A stretch of DNA of 63,154 nt, filler included, from Octopus bimaculoides (taxonomy: Eukaryota): assembly GCF_001194135.2 (NCBI RefSeq). It is 6 parts of 5 records of this genome, joined end to end, with 100 filler letters (N's around TTAATTAATTAA, not from the genome) between each part and the next. Parts side by side here need not be neighbours in the genome. Positions count along the whole stretch, not along the records: positions 39,519 to 53,998 come from NC_068982.1; positions 54,099 to 56,845 come from NW_026295262.1; positions 56,946 to 60,696 come from NW_026300313.1; positions 60,797 to 63,154 come from NC_068982.1; 2 more parts are not named here. One strand, written 5' to 3'. Every line of letters begins with the position of its first letter. Position 1 is the stretch's first letter. A program made the translations under genes and the position numbers. The notes below the pieces were generated by a model. It was given only the letters and a program-made list of their open reading frames with translations. It did not search any database and was not told where the DNA came from. Positions 48,161 through 61,058 of the stretch are shown here, in pieces.

Positions 48161-48235
48161 TGTTGGCTGGTTGGTTGGTTGGTTGGTTAGCTAGTCGGTT
48201 GGTTGGTCGGTTGGTTTGTTCGTTTGTTGATTGAT
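48100..48235. repeat. (GATT)n/(GGTT)n microsatellite
   Basis: Direct observation. Confidence 0.9.
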
Positions 48236-48569
48236 CACACGAATAGCCAGTTAACTAATTGATCAATGTGTTTACTAACCAGCGTGTGTATTTTTATTGG
48301 CGAAAGATCTTCCCAAGATACAACACATGCCTCAGCAGGCGATTTTACATCAACTACCATACAGAATAAATACAAAACCTAACCTAACACCCCTTATGTG
48401 AAAGCTTATTCAAGAGCAAAAACAAAAATTATCAGCATTTTGACCAGAAATTCCTTTAAGTTGATTACACTACTTTCAGCGCTTGTATGCTAAAAACTGG
48501 TAGCTTTGTGGTTCGAACCTGAAGTTTGACTTTGATCGCTCCAGCTTACTTTCTTGTGTCACAGAGCAA

Positions 48570-49560
48570 ACATGGCCGCTCCTCAGGCAGCGTGAACTGA
48601 GGAAGAACAGAGATCAGTGATCCGATTTCTTTGGTCTGGAGATGTGTCAGTGGCTGAGATTCATCCGCAGGCTTTCAATACAATACGGGGATAGCGCTCT
48701 ACCGTATTGAAATGTGCATGAGAGAACCGAGTAGTTTTAAAATAGCCGGACAAGCGTGAAGCACGAAGAAGGAGCAGGAGGACTATCAACCTCCATCACT
48801 GACGTGAAGATTCAACGGGCTCGAGAGATGGTTCTGGTGAAGCGACGAGTGACTGTCGATAAGGTGGCATGTTCACTGCAAGTTAGTCATGGTTCTGCAT
48901 CGGAAAATATCGACAGATTTCGTTTCCGTAATAGCCTATGCGAGATAGTTGCTAAGAAAGCTTAACCGAAGCGCATGAACGTATTCGTGTGGAGATCTAT
49001 CAATGCTTACTCGACCGCTTGAAGGCGAAACCTTTTGGAGAATCGTCACAGAAGATGAGATCTTGGGCCCATTACTGTGAGCCAGGATCCAAAAGACAGA
49101 CTATGGAGTGGAAAATCCCGGAATCGCTAGCGGAAGAGAAATTTAACACTCAGATTTCCGCAGAAAAAGTATACCAGCGGTTTTTTTTTTTTTTTTTTGG
49201 AATGCAAGAGGGCCTATACTAGAACGTTACCTGAAAAAGAGGTCGACAGTCATCAATGTAGGCTATAGTGAAATGCAGGTCAACAAACTAAAACCAGCAA
49301 CTCGCAGTCAACCCCAAGTTCCATTGTCAAANNNNNNNNNNNNNNNNNNNNNNNNNNNNNNNNNNNNNNNNNNNNNNNNNNNNNNNNNNNNNNNNNNNNN
49401 NNNNNNNNNNNNNNNNNNNNNNNNNNNNNNNNNNNNNNNNNNNNNNNNNNNNNNNNNNNNNNNNNNNNNNNNNNNNNNNNNNTCGATGGACGAAGCAAGC
49501 TTTTGGGCCACTGGTAGAATTGCATCGAAAAGCAAAGAGAATACATCTGAAAATAATGTA
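48570..49560 (+). mobile_element. Decayed mariner transposase (second subfamily)
   Basis: MAAPQAA*TEEEQRSVIRFL start; W.HYCEPGSKRQTMEWK; C-terminal fragment after the gap. Confidence 0.8.
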
Positions 49561-49679
49561 ATTATTCAACGCCTAATTTTGTTTTTATAAATTACAGAAA
49601 CAAGAGAGCATATAATTTTTGTCTTTACGCGCGCGCGTGTGTGTTTGTGCATATACATGTATATACATAAATATATAAA

Positions 49680-49850
49680 CAGACATAGCTGTTTTGTTAA
49701 GAAGCATGCTTCACAACCCTATTATCTTAGGTTCAGCCCCACTGTGGGATACTTTGCACAATATATTTTACTATAGCCCCAGGCTGGCCAAACACTTGTG
49801 AGTGGATTTAGTAGACGGAAGTTGGAAGAAGCCTGTCGTGTGTATATATA
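49680..49850 (+). mobile_element. SINE family A 5' fragment
   Basis: Head and core match. Confidence 0.7.
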
Positions 49851-49960
49851 TATTCCCGAGCGTCATACTAATACATTCTTTTATTGTTTACACCACCTGT
49901 CCTCGTCTGTTGTTTTTTTCGTACATTCTCCCATATATATATATATATATATATATACTC
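49851..49960 (+). mobile_element. Penelope-like 3' tip
   Basis: tattcccgagcgtcatactaata...ttctcccatatatat, same tail as the other copies. Confidence 0.7.
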
Positions 49961-50009
49961 ACGCACACAGACATATACATAGAGAGTGATAGATAGAGAG
50001 AGAGAGAGA

Positions 50010-50601
50010 AATTTCTTTTCATCAGTGAACACCAGGTAGGGCAGGATGCTTTCAGCAATCTGACGCAGGATATGACAACTTCTCTCCGGTCTCCTGGCCT
50101 TATAAACTTGCGTGAGCTCATGACGGCAGATCATCTTGTAGGGGTCCTGAGATCGTCTTTCAGCAATCGATACATCGATGTTCGGCTTATTTTTGCTGTG
50201 GCAGCTAGTTTTCTGACGGAACGTCGAGGATTTCGCTGTAACTTTCCTCTGGTACTTTTGGTAAGCTGAAGGGTCTTCACACTTCTTTTTCGGTCATGTC
50301 CAGATCGATCATCGGTGGAATCAGTCTTTTGAGATTTCTTGACAATTTTTCAGACTGCTGTTCGGTTAGTTTTAATCTATTTTGCTATAATTGTATTACT
50401 TTCGCTTGCTTTGTGGAGGGTTATGAATGTATTTCGATCTATAGCCATTATCTAGTGTGTAAATCTGAATTTATTTAGTCTGAAACAAAAAGAAGACACG
50501 CTAAGCTTTTATAATGATGCATAAATTTTCATATCTTATCACATCTATTGGAAATTATTAAAGGCCGGAACTTCGGCTGCCATAATTTCGGGACACCTTG
50601 C
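50010..50601 (-). mobile_element. maT/Tc1-like (DD37D-type) transposon 5' half
   Basis: TIR caaggtgtcccgaaattatggc; frame ending ...LVFTDEKKF. Confidence 0.75.
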
Positions 50602-50639
50602 GCGCACACACAGACACACACACAGACACACACATTTTT

Positions 50640-51240
50640 TTACGTAAATCGACGTCAAAATCCACAGCCAGTTATGGTCTGGTCGGCTGGCTGTGACAGC
50701 CACTGGAAGGTTTTCCCTTGTTTTTGTGCCCTCTAGTGTTAAATTTAACACTCAGCAATACATTAGCGACATTCTGGAAGCTGAACATGGGCGAATCAGT
50801 ACTTTCAAGGTGCACCTTGAAGCCTCCAACAGGACTTGACACCATTTCACACCTCCAGACAGACAAGAAAAACATTCTGTCGTTTATAAGTACGGTCCTC
50901 AAGAAGCCCTGATCTCAACCCGATGAATTTTTCTGCTGAGTCCATTTTGGAGAAGAGGGTCTCAAGCACTCGTCATGCTTCGCTCGAATCTCTGAAGGCA
51001 AAACTGCGCCAGGAATGGGCCTCGATTCCGCAAGAACAGCTATGTGTCACATGTGAAGCATTCTCACCTAGACTTAAGGCTGTGATTTGAAACAGAGGTG
51101 GTCATATGGAATAAATGCGATAGTATCATAATTGTGTTACCTTTACCATTGCATTGCAACGAACGGACCCGAAATATAACAATATTTTGCTTTGGCAAAA
51201 TTGAAAAAAGTTGGTTGCCTTAAGTTTAGGACACCCTGTA
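50640..51240 (+). mobile_element. maT/Tc1-like transposon 3' half
   Basis: PQPVMVW, LQQD..PFH, SPDLNPM, LESLKAKLRQEW, RLKAVI*NRGGHME; TIR gccttaagtttaggacaccctgTA. Confidence 0.85.
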
Positions 51241-51261
51241 TATATATTTGTGTGCATTATA

Positions 51262-52490
51262 TACAAGGATTCATGATAACTTCATAGGGTCTTTATGAAG
51301 GAGTGACGCCAGGGTTGTGAAATCTTGCATACATCAACTTCAGCCCTTCTTATTTATAACTGCATTGTTTCATTCTAGATAAACCGAAATCTGATTGTTC
51401 AAAGAAGACTTCAAATGTAACTGGTAGCGACTTCTCATGAAAATGGACAAAGTTTAGCACCATAGTGTTACGAAGTACCTCCAGAAAAAGGAATTAGTTC
51501 TGAAGTACATTTATGCGAACATGGTTGATACATTAGGGAATAAATTTAAGTTGGAGAAGGAGAGTCTTGAACATGATCCAATGTCTTGACGTCCTGCAGC
51601 TGCCACCACAGAGAAAGTATTGATCAGGTCCATTATATGCTGATAGATGACAGGCGATTGACTATAAATCAAACAGCCAGTGCTATTAGCATATCCCGTA
51701 AGAGACTTGAGAATATTCTGCACAATGAACTTGGCATGACGAAAGTTTCAGCTCGGTGGGTGCTCATCTGACACCTCATCAAAAGCGCACCAGGCTGATC
51801 ACATTACGGAAAAATCTAACATTGTTTTGAAATTGACCATCTGGTTTCCTTGAACGTTTCCTAACCTAGAATGAGTGTTGGATCGATCAGGTTGAGCCAG
51901 AGACAAAGAAACAATGTATGCAGTGGAAATACACCTGTTCACTTGCTCCAAAGAAGGCCAGGGTTGTTTCATCTGCAGGGAAGGTAGTGGCTTCAGTTTT
52001 TTGGGGATGCACAAGACATTGTTTGTTGACTATCTTCAAAAGGGCCACAGCATCAATAGAGGCAGTTACGAAAGGCTATCAAGACCAAACGGCCANNNNN
52101 NNNNNAGGGCCACAGCATCAATAGAGGCAGTTACGAAAGGCTATCACGACCAAACGGCCAAGAAAACTGAAGAACGGGGACTTGTTTGATCAGGACAATC
52201 CTCCAGCACACAAGCCCTTGGTTTCAATGGCTGCAATGCGTGACTGTGGTTTTGAACTGGTTGATCACCCACGCTACTCTCCTGATTTTGTCCCATCTGA
52301 TTGATTTGGCCCCACCATCTGATTTAGCCCTATCATCTGATCCCCAGCATTTGGCCCTATCATCTGGCCCCATCATCTGGCCTCGTCATCTGGACCCATC
52401 GCAGTGATGACGTCATATCTGCTGTTAATCGAAGCACTACAACACTGATGGAAGAAATGTGCATGCACCGCAAGGAGGACTATGTTGAAA
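51262..52490 (+). mobile_element. Near full-length decayed mariner element
   Basis: MDKV*HHSVTKYLQKK start, KVSARWV, YSPD motif. Confidence 0.88.
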
Positions 52491-52556
52491 ATTGTGTTGT
52501 GTGTGTGTATGTGTGTGTTGGTTGTACATAAGTAAAAAAAAAAAAAGAGCACAATC

Positions 52557-52775
52557 TAAAACCTTTTTGAGCAGTAAAACCTTTTTGAGCAGTAAAACCT
52601 TTTTGAGCAGTAAAACCTTTTTGAGCAGTAAAACCTTTTTGAGCAGTAAAACCTTTTTGAGCAGTAAAACCTTTTTGAGCAGTAAAACCTTTTTGAGCAG
52701 TAAAACCTTTTTGAGCAGTAAAACCTTTTTGAGCAGTAAAACCTTTTTGAGCAGTAAAACCTTTTTGAGCAGTAA
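52557..52775. repeat. Perfect 18-bp tandem array (TAAAACCTTTTTGAGCAG) x12
   Basis: Direct count; gives the SKTFLS / KKVLLL repeat ORFs. Confidence 0.95.
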
Positions 52776-53041
52776 TATTTTATGTAGTCGTTGGTTATGG
52801 CCAGTCAAAAAGTAACCATTAGGTTCACGTCTATTAATGATTTTAGCATTATAGGTGACTAGTCAGACCCGCTGGCTCTGGCCATGACCAGCGTGTCCGA
52901 TGAGAAACATATATTGTTGAGAGCAGTAATAAACGCTAAACCATATTGGTTAATTCCGAAGTGGTCCTAAGTGATTGAATTAAATATTACTGCTCATAAT
53001 ATACAACACATACTCCACATAGCATCAAAATTCATATTAAA

Positions 53042-53079
<38 letters not shown>

Positions 53080-53798
53080 GTAATCTCACTGCTGTCACCA
53101 GTTTGAACAACAATACGAGAGAAAAAATATATATAAAGTGAAAACAAAAAAAAAAGCGGAATAATTTAAATAAAAGATATAAAAAAACATTATAGAGTTT
53201 AGGTAGGGTGGGACCACAAAACAACGGCAATAACAACAACAACAACTTGACGCAAAAATTTTCGCTGCTATTTTAGCTTTTCTCGACTTCAACTTTGACA
53301 AACTTTAGATAGCCCGCCGCATACACTCCGTCTCTACTCCGACAATCCGACAATACTCACTCATCGTTACACCAAGACCTTTCCACCCGCCTTCTGCCCT
53401 CCTCTCTCTTGCTGGTTTTTTCTTCTATTTCATCATATTATTTATCAAAAAGTAAAGGAAAAAAAAAAACTTAGAAGGGTATCAAAAAAAAAAAAAAATT
53501 TAACGAACAAACTATCAGGGACGAATGAGTTGGAAGGAGAGAAGGTAGATGTGGGATGGGGTAGAGTACATGTGTGTGTGTGTGTGTGTGTATGTGTGTC
53601 TGTGTGTGTGTGTGTGAAGAAATGTATGTAGGGTGGTAAAAAATGAAAAGCGCGCGAAACTCAGTGTCATGACTTGAGTAGCGGTGCGACAGGAATTTGG
53701 GTCATACAACACGAGAAAAACAAATGACGTCAGACCTATTTTATGAACAGACACATACACACACACATATATATATATAGACATATATGTATATACAT

Positions 53799-53832
<34 letters not shown>

Positions 53833-53917
53833 GGGTGTGATTTTAGAGGGAGTGGCTGTATGTGTCAAAGTATGAGGGTGTTAATGTATATGTAGGTATA
53901 TAAATATATACATGCAC

Positions 53918-53948
<31 letters not shown>

Positions 53949-53958
53949 GATAGATACC

Positions 53959-53998
<40 letters not shown>

Positions 53999-54099
53999 NN
54001 NNNNNNNNNNNNNNNNNNNNNNNNNNNNNNNNNNNNNNNNNNTTAATTAATTAANNNNNNNNNNNNNNNNNNNNNNNNNNNNNNNNNNNNNNNNNNNNA

Positions 54100-54350
54100 T
54101 ATATGGATGGGCTTCTTGCAGTTTTCGTCCATTAAATCCATTAATTTAGACTTTTGCCCAAGTTGTCGCGCAGGTGTTGATGTATTTGCGTCCACGCAAC
54201 ATAGCGGTTCGGTAAAAGTGACAGGTAGAATAAATATCAGGATTAAGAAGTAAATAAGCACTGGAATCGATAAGTTTGACTAAAATTCTTCTAGGTGGGG
54301 CCCCAGCATGGCCACGGTCTAATGACTGAAACAAATAAAATATAAAAGAT
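54100..54350 (+). mobile_element. Diverged SINE family A 3' part
   Basis: cccagcatggccacggtctaatgactgaaacaa tail. Confidence 0.75.
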
Positions 54351-54952
54351 GAAAGATCTTAGAAGTATAATTAATTCATTGCTTATAATTTTTATGGATC
54401 CCTAAGAGTCATATTGACCTCCAAGAGCCATGTGGACTCCAAGGGCCGTATGAACCCCGGTTGAGAACCACTGGACTACAAGAACACAAGACTACAAAGC
54501 ATATATACTATCAGTATGATTATCCGTTTCAGATTTCAATTCCGAGTTGGAACTAATTTGCTGCACTAAAACTTCTGAATGTCTTTGTAAATGCCTGGCA
54601 TTCCAAAATTCTTATCTATTCACCAAAAGAAGTCGGTCATCTCGTCTCTATAATCAAATACCGTCTCAATTACAAACCGGAACGCGAATTAACTCCTCTG
54701 AGAGGTCGCTTGTATTAGATGTAGATTGTTCAAGTTGAAAGTTATAATTACAAAAGTACGAAAGCAACAGTCTGTTCTAAACTAAAAAAACAAAATATAT
54801 AGAAAATCTCAACGAACTTAAATAGAAGATGTGTATGTGTATATGTATATGTAAATGCGTGTATATTTGTATATGTATGTCTATATATACAGTTTTTGTG
54901 TATATGTGTGTGTAATATGTACATACTCACACACACGTATACACCCCCACCC

Positions 54953-54996
<44 letters not shown>

Positions 54997-55739
54997 CATT
55001 CAACTACAGTAGTAGTTAAATAATATTTTTAAGGCCGTAATTTACTCACATGCAGTACCTTTCAGAGTTTTTCGCTAATTCAGTTCTTAACCAAATTGAC
55101 AACTGTTAACATTTTTGAAGAGGGCTTGTCCTTAGCTACGTTTTGGCATAAAAAATTGAGATTTGATCCAGTAGAAAAACGTTTACATCAAACTTTGTAG
55201 CAACGTTGCAGGGGAGCAAGTAATGCCACCAATCAAATTTAGATCTAAATACTTTTTTTTATAATTTTAAAAGCAAAATATTTTTATCTTAGCTTCAATG
55301 ATAGAAGAAAACATGAAGAATTTTATAGTTTTGTTCCCTTGCAACAAAAAATTGTATCAAAAAAGTTGTGAGGTAAAATATCATGAAAAAAATATAAGTA
55401 AGGCAAAAATAGGATTTAAGTATAATCAACTTCTTTTAGTTTGAAAACAAATTATATTTTAATTAAGCTTAAATGATAGAGCTCAATTAGAGGGATTTCA
55501 TGGTATCAGTCTCATGCAATGAAGTTTTAAAAGAAAAAAGTTATGAGTGTTTGTTTCTCAAATTTGAGGGTGATAATATAGTTCTATACTTTTTATGAAT
55601 ATAGTTCTATAAGGGGACTTTTAATATATGTCACCGGCGTCATTGATGTAAAGAAAAAATTATCAACGACACCGCTGATTGATACATTTGACACATTATT
55701 AATTAGCATAATAGCATAGCCTGGAAAAAACATGGATTA

Positions 55740-56595
55740 CATGGAAAAATGCGAGCAAGAGAAATAATATTCTTAAGATTATAAACCTGGAAAATTATAG
55801 GATAAGTTATTACACTTGGAAAAGTTCAGGACAGCTTATTGCATCACGTAAAGTACAGAACACGAGAATTTTTACTTAAAATATTGAAGCAAAGGATAAA
55901 ATTTGAATGTTAAAAATTATTTGATTTTTATTTACTAAGTAACATTATAATTAAAAAAGGTACCATCGTTTTGTTAAAATATTGTCACACTAGAATACTT
56001 AAAAAATGAGAGTAAGACGTACCAATGTAGCTAAAGTTTTATGCAAAGTAGAATAGTATATATGGTAGGCAAATTCATTATGTAAAAAGTAAGCATTAGT
56101 TCAAGACTAAAAATGTGAAGACTTGGCTATAACTCAAGCAAATTTTACTGTGAATTTGTTGTTATAGGTACATTTTACTGTAACATATAACTAATTTTTG
56201 TATTATTCTATTTATTATACTAACTAATTATGTACTACAATCATTTTTTATAACGTATTTTCGAATTTCTGATTATTAATCAATAATTTTAAAAGATGAA
56301 TTCTTTTAAAGTGCGAAAAATTTTTTTAATTTTTAATAGAAGTAAAATGTAATAACAAATAGAAGTAGTAACTTGTAATAAAATTTTTAGTTTTGATAAA
56401 AGCTAATATTTTCTAAATCCAAATATTTTATTTGAAATTTTATCCTCAGCTGCAATATTTTAAGTAAAAAATAATTTGTTCTGTACTTTACCAGATGTTA
56501 TAAGTTGTCCTGAACTTTCCCAAGTATAATAACTTGTCCTGTACTTTTCCAGGTTTATAACCTTAAGAATATTATTTCTCTTGCATTTTCCCATG
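55740..56595. mobile_element. AT-rich element with ~130-150-bp imperfect terminal inverted repeats
   Basis: 55755-55886 is the reverse complement of 56453-56584 (about 85% by eye). Confidence 0.7.
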
Positions 56596-56949
56596 CACGT
56601 AATTATATGTATATATACATACATATATACATATACATACACGCACGCACAAACACACACATACATTCATACAGATTTGTCTGTGTACGCAATATATCTC
56701 ATAAGTTATTCGCTGGCTCATTTGGAAGTATTATTAATAAATACAAGTTACTATTTAAATAAAGAGCAGTTGGAAGTAAAGCTTGATATATAATATTGAT
56801 ATCTATATATATAAAAATGAGAATGTGTGTCTGTCTGTCTGTCTGNNNNNNNNNNNNNNNNNNNNNNNNNNNNNNNNNNNNNNNNNNNNTTAATTAATTA
56901 ANNNNNNNNNNNNNNNNNNNNNNNNNNNNNNNNNNNNNNNNNNNNTATA

Positions 56950-56982
<33 letters not shown>

Positions 56983-57009
56983 CTTTGCTAGGTTTAGGGC
57001 AGTGTAGGC

Positions 57010-58915
57010 CCAGGCCGTGTCTAACTCAATAGCACCACTTGGTGAAGTCTTTTAGTCATATATGGGACACCATGGCCCACTCTAACAAAGAGTTGTTATT
57101 GCTGGAGAGATATCCGGGTGTAGGAGATTGGTCCAGGATTCTTTGAAGAAATTTGTGCATGAACTTTTGAATCGTATGAGGTCCGTTTCCGTTTTGATGT
57201 ATTTTGGTAATGGCGTTAAAGAGAACTGGACCGGTTGAGGTAAAATAATTGTGACGTAATGTTGCTATGTGTACCGAGTTCGATTTTTGTAGTGGGCGGA
57301 TAGCAAGGGGGCCAAGTCTTGGATGGATTTTAAAATTGATGCCAACATCATTTGTGCAATATTGATGGGATATTTTCCACATAACACAAATGATGTAGCG
57401 TTCCCGGCGGCGTTGGAGAGAGTAGAGATTGAGTTTTTTTAGTCGACCCCAATAATCAATGCCTCTCATGCCGTCTATCTCTCTTGTTATTNNNNNNNNN
57501 NNNNNNNNNNNNNNNNNNNNNNNNNNNNNNNNNNNNNNNNNNNNNNNNNNNNNNNNNNNNNNNNNNNNNNNNNNNNNNNNNNNNNNNNNNNNNNNNNNNN
57601 NNNNNNNNNNNNNNNNNNNNNNNNNNNNNNNNNNNNNNNNNNNNNNNNNNNNNNNNNNNNNNNNNNNNNNNNNNNNNNNNNNNNNNNNNNNNNNNNNNNN
57701 NNNNNNNNNNNNNNNNNNNNNNNNNNNNNNNNNNNNNNNNNNNNNNNNNNNNNNNNNNNNNNNNNNNNNNNNNNNNNNNNNNNNNNNNNNNNNNNNNNNN
57801 NNNNNNNNNNNNNNNNNNNNNNNNNNNNNNNNNNNNNNNNNNNNNNNNNNNNNNNNNNNNNNTTAGATTGTTATCAACAGGTCTCTGGTGCTGTTGGATG
57901 ACTTTAGGGAGTCGCTCGAGGGGAGAGCATATGGTAATTTCAGAGTTACCTTTTATTCCAAAGTGGATTAAATCAAACTTATCTTCATTTAAAAGTATAT
58001 TGTTTTTTCTCCGCCTATTGGACAATAGCAAATAGATCTGACTGAAGGCATGTTTGGTCTCCCATGCCATTTATGGCTTCTGAAGTTTGGAATCATCTGC
58101 AAAGATTTTCAATGTAGAATGTTTGATGGCATCTACTATGTCGTTGATATAAATAATGAAGAGGAGTGGGCCCAACACAGTGCCTTGTGGGACACCACTA
58201 CTGACTTTGGCTGAGCTGGATCGCATTTCCTCAAACACAACATGTTGGGTTCTGTTTGAAAGGAAACACTTTATCCACTGCAGTAGCTTTCCACGGACTC
58301 CAGTGTTGGACAGTTTCTTCAGCAGGATTTTGTGGTCCACTCTGTCAAATGACGTCAGTGTTGGAGCCCTTTCCCAACGCTTCTAAGATGTCATCAAAAT
58401 GGTGCAGAAGCTGCGACAAGCAGTCCTTGCCATCACGGAAACCATGCTGGTTGGGGGTTCAGCAGATTGTTGTCTGCGAGGAAGTGAGTTATTCGCAATC
58501 TCACCACCCTCTCGAATACTTTAATGATATGAGAAATGAGTGAAATCGGACGGTAGTTCACTGCAAGAGATTTGCTTCCCTTCTAGAAGACTGGAACGAC
58601 AGACTGGGAAAGAAAATGATCAGAAATGTAGCCGGCATCAAGTGAATTTCTCCAGAGCTCAGCAAAATGGGGTGCAATTTGATGTCGACACATCTTCAGG
58701 ACAGTGGACAGGAACTTATCGGGACCTACAGTTGAGTTGTGCTTGATCCTATTTATTTCTGTTAAGATATCAGGGGTCCCAAAAGTCATGTCAGATATGA
58801 TTAGCTGAGGGTTTACATTACTGATACTAGCCAGATCAACCGGGTTAGCGTTACCGAAGACAGAGCAGTAATGTCTCTGCAGTATCTCGCACATGGGTTT
58901 TGCATCATCATGTAG
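57010..58915 (-). mobile_element. CR1-clade LINE ORF2 (RT and C-terminus), decayed
   Basis: GPDKF...LK.C...IAP; DHKILLKKL...GVPQGTVLGPLLFIIYIND...FADDSKL; RLKKLNLYSLQRRRERY. Confidence 0.93.
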
Positions 58916-59140
58916 AGCAGGGGTTTTCAAACTTTTTGACTTGCGGACCCCTTTATATTTCAGGCTTTACCTTCGGGACCCCCTTATAAACGCTTATGAA
59001 ATTTATACATAAATATTTGCTTAAAATAACATATTTTTACATTTATTTATTTAACAGTATTTAACAAATAGGTTTATTGTCAATTAAAAGATTTTGATTA
59101 AAAAACATATATAAAATCAAATTGCCCATAAAAAGTATTT
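58916..59140. mobile_element. hAT-like MITE left end
   Basis: CAGGGGTTTTCAAAC...gcggacccc terminus. Confidence 0.6.
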
Positions 59141-59555
59141 NNNNNNNNNNNNNNNNNNNNNNNNNNNNNNNNNNNNNNNNNNNNNNNNNNNNNNNNNNNN
59201 NNNNNNNNNNNNNNNNNNNNNNNNNNNNNNNNNNNNNNNNNNNNNNNNNNNNNNNNNNNNNNNNNNNNNNNNNNNNNNNNNNNNNNNNNNNNNNNNNNNN
59301 NNNNNNNNNNNNNNNNNNNNNNNNNNNNNNNNNNNNNNNNNNNNNNNNNNNNNNNNNNNNNNNNNNNNNNNNNNNNNNNNNNNNNNNNNNNNNNNNNNNN
59401 NNNNNNNNNNNNNNNNNNNNNNNNNNNNNNNNNNNNNNNNNNNNNNNNNNNNNNNNNNNNNNNNNNNNNNNNNNNNNNNNNNNNNNNNNNNNNNNNNNNN
59501 NNNNNNNNNNNNNNNNNNNNNNNNNNNNNNNNNNNNNNNNNNNNNNNNNNNGAAC

Positions 59556-59897
59556 ATTTTGGGATCGATTCCCAGACCTGGCGTTGTGAGTGTTTATTGA
59601 GCAAAAACACCTAAAAGCCCCACGAGGCTCCGGCAGGGGATGGTGGTGGCGAACCCTGCTGTACTCTTCCACCACAACTTTCTCTCACTCTTACTTCCTG
59701 TTTCTGTTGTACCTGTATTTCAAAGGGTCAGCCTTGTCACACTCTGTGTCATGCTGAATATCTCCCCGAGAACTACGTTAAGGGTACACGTGTGACTGTG
59801 GAGTGCTCAGCCACTTGCACGTTAATTTCACGAGCAAGCTGTTCCGTTGATCGAATCAATGGGAACCCTCGTCGTCGTCAGCGACGGAGTGCCAACA
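59556..59897 (+). mobile_element. SINE family D
   Basis: Matches 26612-26930. Confidence 0.88.
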
Positions 59898-60539
59898 CAC
59901 ACTCACACACACATATTTGTCACAATAGAGAGAGGTCACAGGATCTGATTTTTGAGCGGTAGAATCTCAGATCGAAGAGAACCATGTCACGGTCTGAGAG
60001 TAGTGGTGTTTTCCCCCACTGCGATATTGAGGATAGCGTCAGTATGGTTACTGAACACTAGGTCCAAGGTGTTTTTGTGACACCTTGTTGGTTTACGAAC
60101 AAGTCGGGCCAGGAAAAGCTCAGGAAAAACCCATCCATGAAATCAAGACGTAATTCGATTGCTTCCTTATCAGGGATTGAGGTTAAAAAACCTGGTTTCA
60201 AGCTGTTTGTGGACCAATCAACACTGGGAAGGTTAAAGGCCCTCACCATTAATATGTTGTCAGCATGACACTGATGGATAAAACAATACTGTTGAGGCAT
60301 TCCTTGAAACGTAGAATAGGAGTTAGGGGCGGCCTATAGAGCCCAACTACTATAAAATTGTTGGTTTTACTAAACACAGAAGCTGCTTCACAATAGCTCC
60401 TTCTCTAATTTCTCTTATCCTTCGATTTAGCTTGCAATAAGCACTACTTTATACAATCCATATATTGTGAAGTATACTTAAAAACATACTTTATAAGAAA
60501 ACTTAACGTTGCTGTTTTATCGAAAGCGCATATTGTTGT

Positions 60540-61015
60540 TAAATGCTCGAAATACGAGAGTAGAAAAACAGCCAACAAATGATGAAGGGTCATTCTTTAT
60601 GCTGTTTTTTCTTTTTCTTTTTTTTGCCCCCATTTGTGTTGTCTTTCGTTGTTCGAAAAAATAGTTCATATTCCATGTACTCTTACTTCGTATTTTNNNN
60701 NNNNNNNNNNNNNNNNNNNNNNNNNNNNNNNNNNNNNNNNTTAATTAATTAANNNNNNNNNNNNNNNNNNNNNNNNNNNNNNNNNNNNNNNNNNNNCCAT
60801 TGTTATGATCGGCCATTATTATGATTGACCGTTGACTGAACACTATTCAATTTTTTTTCTCCGTGTTTTTCTCCTTGTCTCCGTATTCTTTCTGTTGAAG
60901 AGCGTAGCTCGAAACGTCAAAGACTTTCCGTATTCCCGAGCGTCATACTAATATATACTTTTGTTATTTACACCACCTGTCCTCGTCTGTTGTTATTTTT
61001 TGTATATTCTCCTAC
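60540..61015 (+). mobile_element. Penelope-like terminal region spanning a gap
   Basis: 60540-60696 matches 16510-16690; 60797-61015 matches 31510-31730. Confidence 0.65.
60887..60923 (+). ncRNA. Hammerhead-like motif (copy 3)
   Basis: Identical 37-nt fold to 15857-15893. Confidence 0.6.
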
Positions 61016-61020
61016 ATATA

Positions 61021-61058
<38 letters not shown>

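Noticed and set aside
52040-52160. 55-bp duplication around an 11-N gap in the mariner
   Set aside because: Probably an unmerged contig overlap.
4343-59675. Long ORFs made mostly of X
   Set aside because: They only read through N gaps.
60286-60320. CTGTTGA...GAAACGTA hammerhead-like string
   Set aside because: Stem I does not pair and stem II is marginal.
31403-60752. TTAATTAATTAA islands between N runs (31403, 39463, 54043, 56890, 60741)
   Set aside because: An identical palindromic 12-mer with stops in all six frames, always N-flanked: a synthetic gap spacer from the assembly, not biology.
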